A stretch of DNA of 63,257 nucleotides from an uncultured Bacilli bacterium. Lineage in GTDB: Bacteria > Bacillota_I > Bacilli_A > RF39 > UBA660. Where the stretch lies: positions 1 through 63,257 of the forward strand of contig CALVIY010000004.1 in assembly GCA_944331955.1 (NCBI GenBank). The letters are read 5' to 3'. Numbering within the stretch: the first letter of the stretch is position 1; each line of letters begins with the position of its first letter. Positions 38,679-49,082 of this stretch are shown here, piece by piece. A model generated the notes under the pieces. That model was not told where the DNA came from. It did no database searches and was given only the letters and a program-made list of their open reading frames with translations. Position numbers and translations under genes: made by a program.

Positions 38679-38760
38679 TTGACAATCACTTCAATTTATG
38701 TATAATATTAAATTGTAAGTGATCTTCAGTATCCCGCGTGGACTGAAGACTTTTAATTTT
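38679..38760 (+). ncRNA. Candidate ~50-nt transcript: consensus promoter plus a single terminator hairpin
   Basis: TTGACA-16-TATAAT (38679-38706); stem TCTTCAGT / ACTGAAGA with loop ATCCCGCGTGG, then a T tract. Confidence 0.35.
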
Positions 38761-39000
38761 ACAAAACAAGAGACGAACAAAGTAATTTATTAAAATCAAG
38801 AAACATATTATTTTATGCCAAAGAAAAACCTTATAATACCCAATTATAAAAAACAAAAATAGAAAAACTTATACGGTACTAACTAATAGAAACCTAAAGG
38901 ATTTACCAGTACCAATTAGCATCACACTCAACTATTAAAAATCTATTGTCAAATCGTAGTAAACTATGCTATAATTAATGTGTTCTAAAAAAGAACCCAT

Positions 39001-39074
39001 AGGGGCGTGGTATAATGGTAGCATAGGAGTCTCCAAAACTTTTGATGGGAGTTCGATTCTCTCCGCCCCTGCCA
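39001..39074 (+). tRNA. trnW: tRNA-Trp(CCA)
   Basis: AGGGGCG / CGCCCCT acceptor stem, CT-CCA-AA anticodon loop, TTCGA T-loop, encoded CCA end; promoter TTGTCA..TATAAT upstream and hairpin terminator downstream. Confidence 0.95.
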
Positions 39075-39117
39075 TAAGAAAATACCGACTTTTACTTATT
39101 AAGGTAAAAGTCGTTTT

Positions 39118-39639
39118 TTAATACATCTCAACTTTATTTAATAAATCCATATATATTTTTGTATTCCCGATCATAGACCTACTCATTGTTAAAAATAATT
39201 TATATTTTGATAATAATAAATTACGCTTTTCTTTATCTTCAACAAACATTACATAATCTATATTATCAAGTAAATCTGAACACTTAACAATAACTGCTGA
39301 AGCACCACAATCCAAACATTTCCGAAACATTACTCTTGTTCTTTCAACTTCATCTTTAATATTAGGATCAAAGCTAACTGCACTAACTATATTAGCAATA
39401 ACATCTCCAAATTTGTTAGCAATATCTTCCTTTTTTACATTTGTATCTTCAATTAAATCATGAAGTATAGCAGATATCACTACTTCTTCACTATAATTAT
39501 ATTTGTAAAGCTGGTATGCTACTTTAAAGCTATGAAACAATACTGGTTTTGTATTATGTCCTGTTTCCCTTAAATTATAAGCAACGTACTGAAAAGCATC
39601 ATCCATCTTTTTGCCCAACTCCATTTTTTGATAATTCAT
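39118..39639 (-). CDS. HD-domain hydrolase (RelA/SpoT-type small alarmone hydrolase-like)
   Basis: FHSFKVA and ILHDLIEDT motifs. Confidence 0.7.
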   Translation of the reverse strand: MNYQKMELGKKMDDAFQYVAYNLRETGHNTKPVLFHSFKVAYQLYKYNYSEEVVISAILHDLIEDTNVKKEDIANKFGDVIANIVSAVSFDPNIKDEVERTRVMFRKCLDCGASAVIVKCSDLLDNIDYVMFVEDKEKRNLLLSKYKLFLTMSRSMIGNTKIYMDLLNKVEMY

Positions 39640-39654
39640 TATACCACCTCACAA

Positions 39655-40412
39655 TTAATCAATATTCTCCAACATAAAGTTAATAATCTCTTCATCATAA
39701 CCATATAATTCATGTTTCCCACCCTCAATAGTTGTTAACTTTAAATTATTTTTTTTACAAAATTTACTAATATCATCATAGAGTACAGTCCTATCTAGCG
39801 TTCCTTGAATTATTGAAACATTTTGAAACTCATAATTTTTAACAGCATTATTGCCATTTTTAAATTCAAGATAAGCATCTTTATATATTTTAATATTATT
39901 ATACAAAGGTATAAATTCACTAGTATTAAAATAATCAAGTGATATTCCCAGTTTACGTTCTATAATCTCACAAAAATTAATAGCAGGACACATTAACATT
40001 GTTTTTTTATATTTATATCAGTTTTAATTAACTTATTTAGAATTACAAATCCCCCAAAACTACTACCAAATAAATATATTGGTACATTGTATTTTATCTT
40101 TACATAATCAATCATTTCTTCCAAATAACTTATACACAAGCTTAAATTAAAATATAAAAAATCTGTTTTATCTTCTCCATGTCCAGGAAAATCAAAAGAA
40201 ATAATACCAATTTTATTCGTTAATAAGTAATCATAAAATCTTGTTGCCCATATTTTATTAGCACCTAACCCATGACAATAAATTACTATTCTATCAACAC
40301 TATCATCTACTGCCATAAAAGTATAAATCTTATTATTAACTAAATGATTATATTTAACTCTTACATCATTTTTCACTTTTTCACCCATATAAATTTCCCT
40401 ATTCCAATACAA
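39655..40412 (-). pseudogene. Alpha/beta hydrolase split by a frameshift in an A7 run
   Basis: CHGLG and GSSFGG nucleophile in the 5' ORF, GTLD and GGKH in the 3' ORF; A8 at 40002-40008 would fuse them. Confidence 0.75.
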
Positions 40413-40517
40413 ATTATACCATATCCATCAGTAAAATATACAAAACTTAACACAAAATAATGTCAACTAACTTGCATTTCCATTGTCAAAAAACTACAAT
40501 TAAAGTGGAGGTAGAAT

Positions 40518-41483
40518 ATGGAAGCAAAAGATATTAAGAAAGTTGCCTGTGTTGGTGCAGGTGTAATTGGTTATAGTTGGGCTTTATATTATTCTCTAAA
40601 GAAATTATCAGTAAATGTTTATGATATAACTGATGAAACTTTAAATCTTGCCAAAGAAAGAATACACGAAAGTCTACTTAATTTAAAGAAAAATAATGTT
40701 GTAACAGAAGAAGAAATTAAAGAAATTGAAAGTAGGATTAATTATACTACTTCAATGGAAGAAGCAGTTAAAGATGTAGAATTTATTACTGAATCTGGTC
40801 CTGAAAGTTATGATATTAAAAGAAAAATGGTTGAAGAAATGGAAAAATATACTAAAGAAGATACAATCATCGCATCATCTACATCAGGACTACTAATTAC
40901 AGAAATAGCAAAAGAGGCTAAACACAAAGAAAGATTTATAGGAGCACATCCTTATAATCCACCACATTTAATACCATTAGTAGAACTTACTAAAGGAGAT
41001 TATACAACTGATGAAGTCATAAACACTGCTAAAGACTTCTATCAATTAATTGGTAAAGAACCTGTAGTATTACAAAAAGAAGCCTTAGGATTTATCTGTA
41101 ATCGTATTCAAATGGCTGTTTATAGAGAAGTATGTAGTCTTGTAATGAATGGTGTATGTACTATAGAAGATGCTGATAAAGCCGTTACTTATGGTCCAGG
41201 ATTAAGATGGGCTATTATGGGACCTAGTCTAGTCTTTGAATTAGGTGGTGGTAAAGGTCATATAGATGGTCTTATGAAACACTTAAACCCATCTATTAGT
41301 TTATGGTTACACGATATGGCAGACTTTAAAGACTTTCCTGAAGATTTTCCAGAAATAGCAAGAAAAGGTGTAGAAGAAGCCTTAAAAAATAGACCTAAAG
41401 AAATAGGTAATGATGATGACTCACTTGCCGAATATCGTGATAAAATGCTAATAGAGATATTAAAATTACATAACAAACTATAA
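40518..41483 (+). CDS. 3-hydroxyacyl-CoA dehydrogenase family (L-carnitine / L-gulonate dehydrogenase-like)
   Basis: GAGVIG Rossmann motif, SSTSGL, HPYNPPHL and GFICNR. Confidence 0.85.
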   Translation: MEAKDIKKVACVGAGVIGYSWALYYSLKKLSVNVYDITDETLNLAKERIHESLLNLKKNNVVTEEEIKEIESRINYTTSMEEAVKDVEFITESGPESYDIKRKMVEEMEKYTKEDTIIASSTSGLLITEIAKEAKHKERFIGAHPYNPPHLIPLVELTKGDYTTDEVINTAKDFYQLIGKEPVVLQKEALGFICNRIQMAVYREVCSLVMNGVCTIEDADKAVTYGPGLRWAIMGPSLVFELGGGKGHIDGLMKHLNPSISLWLHDMADFKDFPEDFPEIARKGVEEALKNRPKEIGNDDDSLAEYRDKMLIEILKLHNKL

Positions 41484-41514
41484 TTAAAAAGAGGAAAACT
41501 ATGCTAACCTCTTT

Positions 41515-43245
41515 TTAATTTTCTGATTCTGCAGTATATAAATTTTGATATTGCTTACAACTTTCTAACAACTCTTTATGAGTACCACTACCAACTAATT
41601 TACCTTTTTCTATTATATGAATAGTATCAGCATCTACAATAGTAGATAATCTATGAGCAACTATGATCACGGTATGATCTTTTACTAAATCATCAATAGT
41701 CTTCTTAATATATTCTTGAGACTCATTGTCAAGTGCACTAGTCGCTTCATCAAAAAGGATTATCTTAGTATTTAAAAGAAGTGTTCTAGCAATAGCAAGT
41801 CTTTGTTTTTGTCCCCCAGATAAGTTAATACCACCTTCTCCAATTACAGTATCATATCCTTTAGGTAAACTCATAATATAATCATCTATATAAGCTCTTT
41901 TACAATACTCTCTCACTTCCTCTAAACTAACATCTTCCTTAACTAATCTAAAATTATCAAGTATAGATAAGTTAAATAGAAAAGGACTTTGTCTAATAAT
42001 AGAAATATTACCTCTTAAAGACTCTTCAGTTAAATCTTTAATATTAATACCATCTATAGTAATAGAACCAATACTCGCATCAAAATATCTAAGTAACAAA
42101 TTAAATATTGTACTCTTACCATTACCACTACGTCCTACAATAGCAATCTTTTTATTAGGAACAATCTCTAAATTAAGACCATTTAAAGTATAATCTTCAT
42201 CTTCTTTATATTTAAACTTAACATTATTAAATTTAATAACACCTTTAGTATTATCTAACTCTTTAGAACCATATACTTCATCTTTATATAAATCATTATT
42301 TAATAATTCCCCTATTCTTTTTAAAGAAACAGTTACTTTATTAAAACTAACTCCAAAGTCACTAATACTCTCAACTACTTCATCAATTCTCCATATATAA
42401 GACTCCATCATTAAGAAAACAGAAAGACTAATAACACCATCTAAGTAACACTTACCAGTTGTAAAAAGAATTAAAAACTGAATTAAGAAATAAGCTAAGT
42501 TATTAAAGCCATAATACCATCTTTCATATTTTCTAACCTTTGCAGTATGATAATAAAGTTTATCTATAACTTTAGAAATATTACCCTCTATTATTCTAGT
42601 AATACCAAGTGACTTAATCTCTCTAATCCCTGTAATATTTTCTGTCGCTACTTTTACATAAGAATCACTTTCTTTTTTAATATTCTCTTGACTTTTCTTA
42701 ATCCTAGGAAAAAACTTCATCGAAATAAATCCCATAATAACAGCAAGTAACATAATTTCTATAAATAAGATAAGAGATATTCTAATCGCAATAACAATTA
42801 CAATAATTACAACAACTGCTTTACAAATAAGTCTAACCATCTTAGATAATAATTCCATTACTCTATCAGGATCAGTATATAAACGGTTAATAAACTCACC
42901 TACTCCTATCTCTTCAAAAGCAATAGCAGGTAACTTATCTATCTTTTTATATAGGTCTTTACTTACATTTTTTGTAAACTTAATCTCAAAATATGTATAT
43001 AAAGCATCTCTTGGTATCTGTAAAAAAGTGTAGAAGATAATGTAAATACCTTCATACATTGCAAGATAAAAGACAAATGAATTCATATCTTTAGCAGTCA
43101 ATGCTTCAACTGCAACACCCCAAAAATATACAGATATTAATGCAGGTAAATAAGACAGTGCAACTAAGATAATATAAAGAACAAGTTTAAGTTTATCATC
43201 TTTAATATAATTCCAAAATATTTTAAAATGCTTCAATTTTTTCAT
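41515..43245 (-). CDS. ABC exporter, fused permease/ATPase (multidrug type)
   Basis: TM domain, GRSGNGKS, LSGGQKQR and LFDEATSALD. Confidence 0.9.
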   Translation of the reverse strand: MKKLKHFKIFWNYIKDDKLKLVLYIILVALSYLPALISVYFWGVAVEALTAKDMNSFVFYLAMYEGIYIIFYTFLQIPRDALYTYFEIKFTKNVSKDLYKKIDKLPAIAFEEIGVGEFINRLYTDPDRVMELLSKMVRLICKAVVVIIVIVIAIRISLILFIEIMLLAVIMGFISMKFFPRIKKSQENIKKESDSYVKVATENITGIREIKSLGITRIIEGNISKVIDKLYYHTAKVRKYERWYYGFNNLAYFLIQFLILFTTGKCYLDGVISLSVFLMMESYIWRIDEVVESISDFGVSFNKVTVSLKRIGELLNNDLYKDEVYGSKELDNTKGVIKFNNVKFKYKEDEDYTLNGLNLEIVPNKKIAIVGRSGNGKSTIFNLLLRYFDASIGSITIDGINIKDLTEESLRGNISIIRQSPFLFNLSILDNFRLVKEDVSLEEVREYCKRAYIDDYIMSLPKGYDTVIGEGGINLSGGQKQRLAIARTLLLNTKIILFDEATSALDNESQEYIKKTIDDLVKDHTVIIVAHRLSTIVDADTIHIIEKGKLVGSGTHKELLESCKQYQNLYTAESEN

Positions 43246-43262
43246 ATAAATACGCCTCCAAC

Positions 43263-43410
43263 AAAAAAACTACTTTACAGTAGTTTCCATCAAAATCACA
43301 TTAAAAGCACTAAAAGTATGAGACGTCTTTTAAAACACTACTGTAAAAAATATGTAATATTCTTTTTTCATTTACATTAGTTATTAAACATCTCATACTA
43401 ATCACTCTTC
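43263..43410 (-). promoter_or_regulatory. Leader-peptide transcription attenuator of the ABC exporter
   Basis: 28-aa uORF 43396-43310 with GAAAGGAAG RBS; terminator stem 43267-43286 with U tract; 11-nt antiterminator complement at 43337-43347. Confidence 0.7.
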
Positions 43411-43518
43411 CTTTCAAGTGAAATAATAATATCATATAGATATATACTTGTCAAACTATAACCACCATTAATTTGAAAGAAACACTTAATAGAGTTATAA
43501 TAATCTTGAGGTGATATT

Positions 43519-44361
43519 ATGATTATATGTCCAAATTGTAAAACAGAAAACGAAGACGATGCTAAGTTCTGTAAAAACTGTGGTTATTATTTCCTAGAAG
43601 AACAAAATAACAACCAAAATAAAAGTAATAACAAAGATAAAAAGAAGAAAAATAAAGTAAAGAATAAAACTAAAACTAAAAACAAAATAAAAGTAAAAAA
43701 AGAGAAAGTAAAAGCACCTAAAAATAAACAATATAATGATAAACCAAAATCTAGTGTCTTTACAAAAGTACTTTTACTATTCTTTATTCTTTTATCTATA
43801 GGGCTATTAATAATAGCAAGTATATTAGGATATAATTACTATCTAGAAAACAATATAGAAGTACCTAATGTTATAGGATATTCTTATGAAGAAGCTACAG
43901 CTTTACTTAATACAGCAAATTTAAGTTATGAAATGAAAGAACAAGAAACTACCAATCAAGATGAAGTAGGTATTGTTATAAAGCAAAGTAAGAAAGCGGG
44001 TTCTAAAACTCATGAAAATGCTGTTATTACTCTAACAGTAGGTGTTCTAGATAATCACGTCACTATTCCAAACGTTACTGGTATGAGTATTGAAGAAGCG
44101 ACAAGTACTTTAAATAAAAATAACATCTCTTATAGAATAGAATATGAAGAAACTACTGACGAAGAAAATAATACAGTTATAAAACAAAGTATAAGAGCTG
44201 GAAAAAAAATAGAAAATACAGAAATTATAACTATTACAGTTGCAAGAAATACAAATAGTAGTGATACTGATAACAACGAAACAAATAATGACGAAAAAGA
44301 TGATAATCAATCTATAAACGAAATAACAGGTCAAGGCCAAGAAAAAGATCTACAAAACTAA
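43519..44361 (+). CDS. Zinc-ribbon + TM + PASTA-domain protein
   Basis: CPNC...CKNCG, TM segment, two VPNV.G PASTA repeats. Confidence 0.85.
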   Translation: MIICPNCKTENEDDAKFCKNCGYYFLEEQNNNQNKSNNKDKKKKNKVKNKTKTKNKIKVKKEKVKAPKNKQYNDKPKSSVFTKVLLLFFILLSIGLLIIASILGYNYYLENNIEVPNVIGYSYEEATALLNTANLSYEMKEQETTNQDEVGIVIKQSKKAGSKTHENAVITLTVGVLDNHVTIPNVTGMSIEEATSTLNKNNISYRIEYEETTDEENNTVIKQSIRAGKKIENTEIITITVARNTNSSDTDNNETNNDEKDDNQSINEITGQGQEKDLQN

Positions 44362-44392
44362 GTAGATCTTTTCTTATACATTGATATAATTC

Positions 44393-45355
44393 TTATAAAT
44401 GACTACCTTTAACTGCAGTATCTGCCTTTCTAACATTTATATTAGTAGATTTATCAAAACACTCTGGAAGTCCTGAATTTAATAAAACACTGTCTTCATT
44501 AAAATCAGTTGGACTTTCTAACTCATTTCTACTAAGAACATCAGGATCAAAACAATGTCTATAAACTTCTTCATTATCAAAAGGATTAGGTCTTAATAAA
44601 AATTCTCCTCCATATAAATCAACATAATTTAAAGATTCTGAGTAACGAGCTAATCCCTCTAAAATACTATCAGTAAATGGTTTACTAAAATCAGTATCAT
44701 ACTTTTCAGGATCTTCAAAATAATCTTCTAAATCTTTACCCTCAGGTACTGCAATAGTAACATTAGGCATTAACTGAGTACCAACTGCCTTCTCAATATC
44801 AGAAGGAACAAGACCTAATTTATCATGAACACCTTTTTGAATAGAACAACCAAATGCTTCTTTCATACCAATAGCAAGTAAATCAGCATTATTATTACCA
44901 TCTTTATTATTAGCAATTACCTTATAATCTTCTCCTCCATAATTAGTTAAAGCAATAAAACACTCAGTACCATCTTTATTTAACTCATCTATATCTCTTA
45001 CTTCAACATCAAGTCCTGTCAATTTCAAAGATGACTCTGCACCTTTAATTTGTTCTTCATCAATACCATCATTAACTAAAACAACATTTAAAGATGATAA
45101 AGCATCTGTATCAGTTTCAACAATATATACTCCTTCAGGAATATCATTATTTTTAGAATCAATAACTTCACCTTTTATTTTTCCATCTTCAAATTTATTA
45201 GATATAGCAGAAATAAAAGCACCACTTACAAATATAGCAAGACCAAGTTTAATAATTCTTCTTTTTAAAGCAAGTCTCTTTCTTCTAGCCTTTCTAATCG
45301 TTTCTTTTTTAATATTTAAATTATTAATATTATTTTTATTAGCCATAATAACCAT
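44393..45355 (-). CDS. Hypothetical membrane-anchored protein
   Basis: Basic N-terminus, TM segment, acidic ectodomain. Confidence 0.65.
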   Translation of the reverse strand: MVIMANKNNINNLNIKKETIRKARRKRLALKRRIIKLGLAIFVSGAFISAISNKFEDGKIKGEVIDSKNNDIPEGVYIVETDTDALSSLNVVLVNDGIDEEQIKGAESSLKLTGLDVEVRDIDELNKDGTECFIALTNYGGEDYKVIANNKDGNNNADLLAIGMKEAFGCSIQKGVHDKLGLVPSDIEKAVGTQLMPNVTIAVPEGKDLEDYFEDPEKYDTDFSKPFTDSILEGLARYSESLNYVDLYGGEFLLRPNPFDNEEVYRHCFDPDVLSRNELESPTDFNEDSVLLNSGLPECFDKSTNINVRKADTAVKGSHL

Positions 45356-45362
45356 CTAACCT

Positions 45363-45713
45363 CTACTTTCTACCTGTTTTATCAACTTTATCTGCAATCA
45401 CATTAAGTAATCTAATAACTTCTCCAAGTCCATAAATCATACTACAGAATATAAAACTACCTAACCAAAACAATATAGTTAAAGTTAAATTATATTCTGT
45501 CTTAGTACAAGTTGCAAAAAGCTCTGATGTTTCACTACAAGCTGGAAATAAGTTACCTAAAATTACACCAGCAATAAATAAGAATATAAACAAACATACT
45601 GCCAACTGTTGATAAAAATTATAATATCTTTTCTTTTGGACTTCATTACTTATCTTTTTTAACTTAGGTAAATCCTCTCGTTCTTCATCTATTTCATCAA
45701 ATAAATCTTTCAT
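45363..45713 (-). CDS. Hypothetical two-TM protein
   Basis: Hydrophobicity pattern. Confidence 0.7.
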   Translation of the reverse strand: MKDLFDEIDEEREDLPKLKKISNEVQKKRYYNFYQQLAVCLFIFLFIAGVILGNLFPACSETSELFATCTKTEYNLTLTILFWLGSFIFCSMIYGLGEVIRLLNVIADKVDKTGRK

Positions 45714-46450
45714 TTAAGTCCCTCCTCATCTTTACTCTTCTTAGATCTACCACGCTTCTTTTCTACTTTAGGTTCTTCCTCTTTCTTAACTTCCACTTTT
45801 TCTAAAGTATCTTCCTTCTTCTCTTTTTCTTTAGATAATTTATCAAACTCTTTTCTTTCCACATACTCTTTATATAAATAAATATATCTTACAAACATAA
45901 ACTCATAAATTGCCTCTAATAAATAAACAACAACATCTTCAAAAGCATTAACAGATACTAATGATACAATCAAACTAATTGCAATAATACCAACTAGTAA
46001 ATAATAATACTGTCCATTATTAATCTCTGCTAAAGGGCTATCAGATAATTTCAAATCTCTACCAATAACAGTACTAGTAAAGAAAGAATAACCAAAATAA
46101 AGAGTAATTAATACATTAAAAGCTAAATTTAAAATAGAATCAAATCCAAAAGATTGAAAGATTGTAAATAAACTAGCAAAAGTAGTAAGTAAATAAAATA
46201 TAAACATTATAACATTTAAGTAATCAAAATATTTCTTACCAAACTTTACTCTAATTAAAATAAAATAAATTAAACTAACTAAATAAATACTATTATGATT
46301 AATAATAGATCTAAATATATCTCCAGCCTCCATATGACTTTGAATAGCAAAAGACTGAGATAAAATAATAAGAACTACTAAAAGTCCAATTAAAATATAG
46401 GTAATCATACTAGGACTATCAAAAAAATCTTTTTCGTTATTTTTACTCAT
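45710..46450 (-). CDS. Hypothetical polytopic membrane protein with charged tail
   Basis: Several TM segments; KKRGRSKK tail. Confidence 0.7.
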   Translation of the reverse strand: MSKNNEKDFFDSPSMITYILIGLLVVLIILSQSFAIQSHMEAGDIFRSIINHNSIYLVSLIYFILIRVKFGKKYFDYLNVIMFIFYLLTTFASLFTIFQSFGFDSILNLAFNVLITLYFGYSFFTSTVIGRDLKLSDSPLAEINNGQYYYLLVGIIAISLIVSLVSVNAFEDVVVYLLEAIYEFMFVRYIYLYKEYVERKEFDKLSKEKEKKEDTLEKVEVKKEEEPKVEKKRGRSKKSKDEEGLK

Positions 46451-46516
46451 TTAATATACCTCCTCATACTTACTCCATTATAATTGTACCATATTTTTAA
46501 AGAAAAGAACATTAAT

Positions 46517-47140
46517 TTAATCAACTAATGTCCTTTTCCTATAAAGAATTTTCTCATCTACTTTATATTTATCTTTAATTTTCTTAAGACTATTATATTT
46601 ACTTCCATAATTATCAGAAACTAACTTAATAAATAAATCTTCTTCATAATAACCATTAAGTAAATTCTTTCCATTCTTAAAGAGTCCATATACTTTTACT
46701 TTATCAACGTTATCACCATTAATATTATCAGAAGACCAATCACTAACTTTATAGATATCATAATTTTTATCAGTAACATCTTGATTATAGATTAAATACT
46801 CTCCACATCTTAAAGTAACTTTCTTTGTATCATCAGAAAATACTACTTTAGACTCATAAGCATCACAATAATCTTCACCAGAAAAATTATTTTTAATTTT
46901 TGTAACTAAATTACTATCTATTAATTCATATAAATAAACGATATCCTCACTAGTCTCATTATTATAATTAACAGCATTAATACCAACAGTCTTAGCATTA
47001 TATCTAAATACTTGATACTTCTGTTTTTGAGTATTATTAATAACAATAAATAAAAGTATTGCACTAAGTATTAAGCAAGTAACCACAACTGTTAAAAATT
47101 CATATGTTCCCTTACCAGCTTCATTAAATCTTATTTTCAT
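46517..47140 (-). CDS. Pilin-like protein with an atypical prepilin leader
   Basis: NEAGKGTYEFLTVVV resembles the class III signal G-F-T-L-x-E. Confidence 0.45.
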   Translation of the reverse strand: MKIRFNEAGKGTYEFLTVVVTCLILSAILLFIVINNTQKQKYQVFRYNAKTVGINAVNYNNETSEDIVYLYELIDSNLVTKIKNNFSGEDYCDAYESKVVFSDDTKKVTLRCGEYLIYNQDVTDKNYDIYKVSDWSSDNINGDNVDKVKVYGLFKNGKNLLNGYYEEDLFIKLVSDNYGSKYNSLKKIKDKYKVDEKILYRKRTLVD

Positions 47141-48848
47141 AAGCTTTAACTTTTCCTTCTATAGAATCATCAACTAATTTAATAGTATCAAGACATAACT
47201 TCATAGCACTTTCATAACTACCTTTATAGAAAAGGGAACTAGCTCTATCAAGGCCATTATTAATATCTTCATGTAAAAATCTATATCTATTACCATAAAC
47301 AATTAATGCTTCTGTCATTTTCGCTTTATTAATCATATTAAGAGTAGTATTATAAAGTTTTAAAACCAAGTCTCTAGCCGTATCAACTCTTGTATTTAAA
47401 GTTTTAATAACTATAGGCTTACGAGATAATTCTTTAACAACTTCTTCTATCGCTTCATTCGCTTCATTAAGTTCTACAAAATAGTTATCACTAATTATAG
47501 GAAGTTTAAAGCTTCTCATCTTCTCTTTACATTCTTTTAATAGTTTATCAATCTCATTAAGCTGTTCTCTAGCTCTTTGTTCATCTTCATACATATTACC
47601 TAATGATTTAAGTGCAACATCTAAAGTTGATTCTGTTTGTTTAAGTTTTAATGATAATTCATCTACTTCTTTAGTAACTAAAGAAAAAGGTGTCGCTTTA
47701 TTTTTAACTCTATCAACTAAGTTCTTATATTCATCTTTAATAGACGTTAAGTCTTTATTTACTTCATTAATAATATTAACATCTTCTTCATTAAGATCAT
47801 ACATATTCTTAATATCATCAAGTTGATCATATATATCAGTAACAACACTATTAGTTTTCTTTAACTTTTTAGCAAAATCTTTAATACCCTCTTCATATAC
47901 TTTACGAGAAAGTCTTTCTTTCTCAAAATCAACAAAGATACTATCCAAATAATCAAGAATAGTCTTAAGTTCAAACATACAATCTTCAAGATTTAACACT
48001 TTAATTCTATCTAATATTGTTCCTACATTTTTTCTTGACTCCTCTAAATTATAATCAAGATTTAAATATTCAATAGGATAACCCTTTTCTGTCATATCTT
48101 TAGATATATCAGAAATTTCTTTAATACGTTTAGGAATTAACTGTTTACACATAAGCATTAAATCAGGAACTTCTGATACTACTATTTCCATATGATCTAT
48201 CATCGTATCCAAAGCTTTAACAATATGTACTACATCACTATACATATTATCATCCATTGCTTTCTCAAATTCTAAGAATCTTTTCTCAATATTTTCAAGT
48301 TGTAACTCTATCGCTTCAGCCATCTCTTCATAAAGATTTTTATGTTCATTATATTCTTTATTTAAAGCTCTATACTTAGTCTTAAGTTTACTAATAATAC
48401 TACGATACTTCTCTTCCGATAAAGTAATCTCTTTTATCTGATCTAATAAATCATCTGCCTGTTCTCTTACTTTATAAACTTCTATCTCTACTTTAGCAAT
48501 TCTAAATTTAGCAGTCTTATATTCTTTTTTATCTAAAAGAGTATCTAATTCAATTAACATATCATCTATCTTAGGAAGCTCTACATTTTTAATAGTATCA
48601 AATCTATCTTCCCATTTCTGATACTTCTCTTCCATTTTTTCATTTTTAATAATAGGCTCTAACTTAGAAAGTTCTAACAAAACAGGAGTACTACCAATTA
48701 AGTTTTTTTCACGTTCTAAATTATCATATATATCTTGGTAATACCTCTTTTGTCTTCTTTTTAAAATAGTGATAATAGCAATAACAAGAATTAATACTAC
48801 AATAACAACACATATTATGTACAAAAGCGTATGTCCCATTACTATCAC
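47124..48848 (-). CDS. ezrA: Septation ring formation regulator EzrA
   Basis: N-terminal TM, long spectrin-like coiled coil, LIVYGNRYR C-terminal motif; divergent from rpsD. Confidence 0.85.
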   Translation of the reverse strand: MIVMGHTLLYIICVVIVVLILVIAIITILKRRQKRYYQDIYDNLEREKNLIGSTPVLLELSKLEPIIKNEKMEEKYQKWEDRFDTIKNVELPKIDDMLIELDTLLDKKEYKTAKFRIAKVEIEVYKVREQADDLLDQIKEITLSEEKYRSIISKLKTKYRALNKEYNEHKNLYEEMAEAIELQLENIEKRFLEFEKAMDDNMYSDVVHIVKALDTMIDHMEIVVSEVPDLMLMCKQLIPKRIKEISDISKDMTEKGYPIEYLNLDYNLEESRKNVGTILDRIKVLNLEDCMFELKTILDYLDSIFVDFEKERLSRKVYEEGIKDFAKKLKKTNSVVTDIYDQLDDIKNMYDLNEEDVNIINEVNKDLTSIKDEYKNLVDRVKNKATPFSLVTKEVDELSLKLKQTESTLDVALKSLGNMYEDEQRAREQLNEIDKLLKECKEKMRSFKLPIISDNYFVELNEANEAIEEVVKELSRKPIVIKTLNTRVDTARDLVLKLYNTTLNMINKAKMTEALIVYGNRYRFLHEDINNGLDRASSLFYKGSYESAMKLCLDTIKLVDDSIEGKVKAYENKI

Positions 48849-48934
48849 CTCTACTATAACATCATAACATAAACTAACATTTTATGCTACTAAAACTTGA
48901 CAAAAATAAATTTTCATAATATGATATTAGAGCA

Positions 48935-49082
48935 TATTTACTTGAAACAGCAATGCTTTACTTTATTCAATGTGTGTTTTCTACTGAGTAGCTTTTGTGC
49001 TGTAAAGCGAAAAAATTACTCCCTGAATAAATGGTGAAAGCAAGAATCAAGAAAATGCAAAATATAAAGAAAGGAGAAAATT
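48935..49082 (+). promoter_or_regulatory. rpsD 5' leader (probable S4 autoregulatory RNA)
   Basis: Promoter with TTGACA and TATGAT upstream; long leader before rpsD as in Bacilli. Confidence 0.5.

Noticed and set aside
39001-39074. tRNA-Trp as the prophage attachment site
   Set aside because: No duplicated tRNA 3' end at the other side; the att junctions are fully explained inside cwlJ
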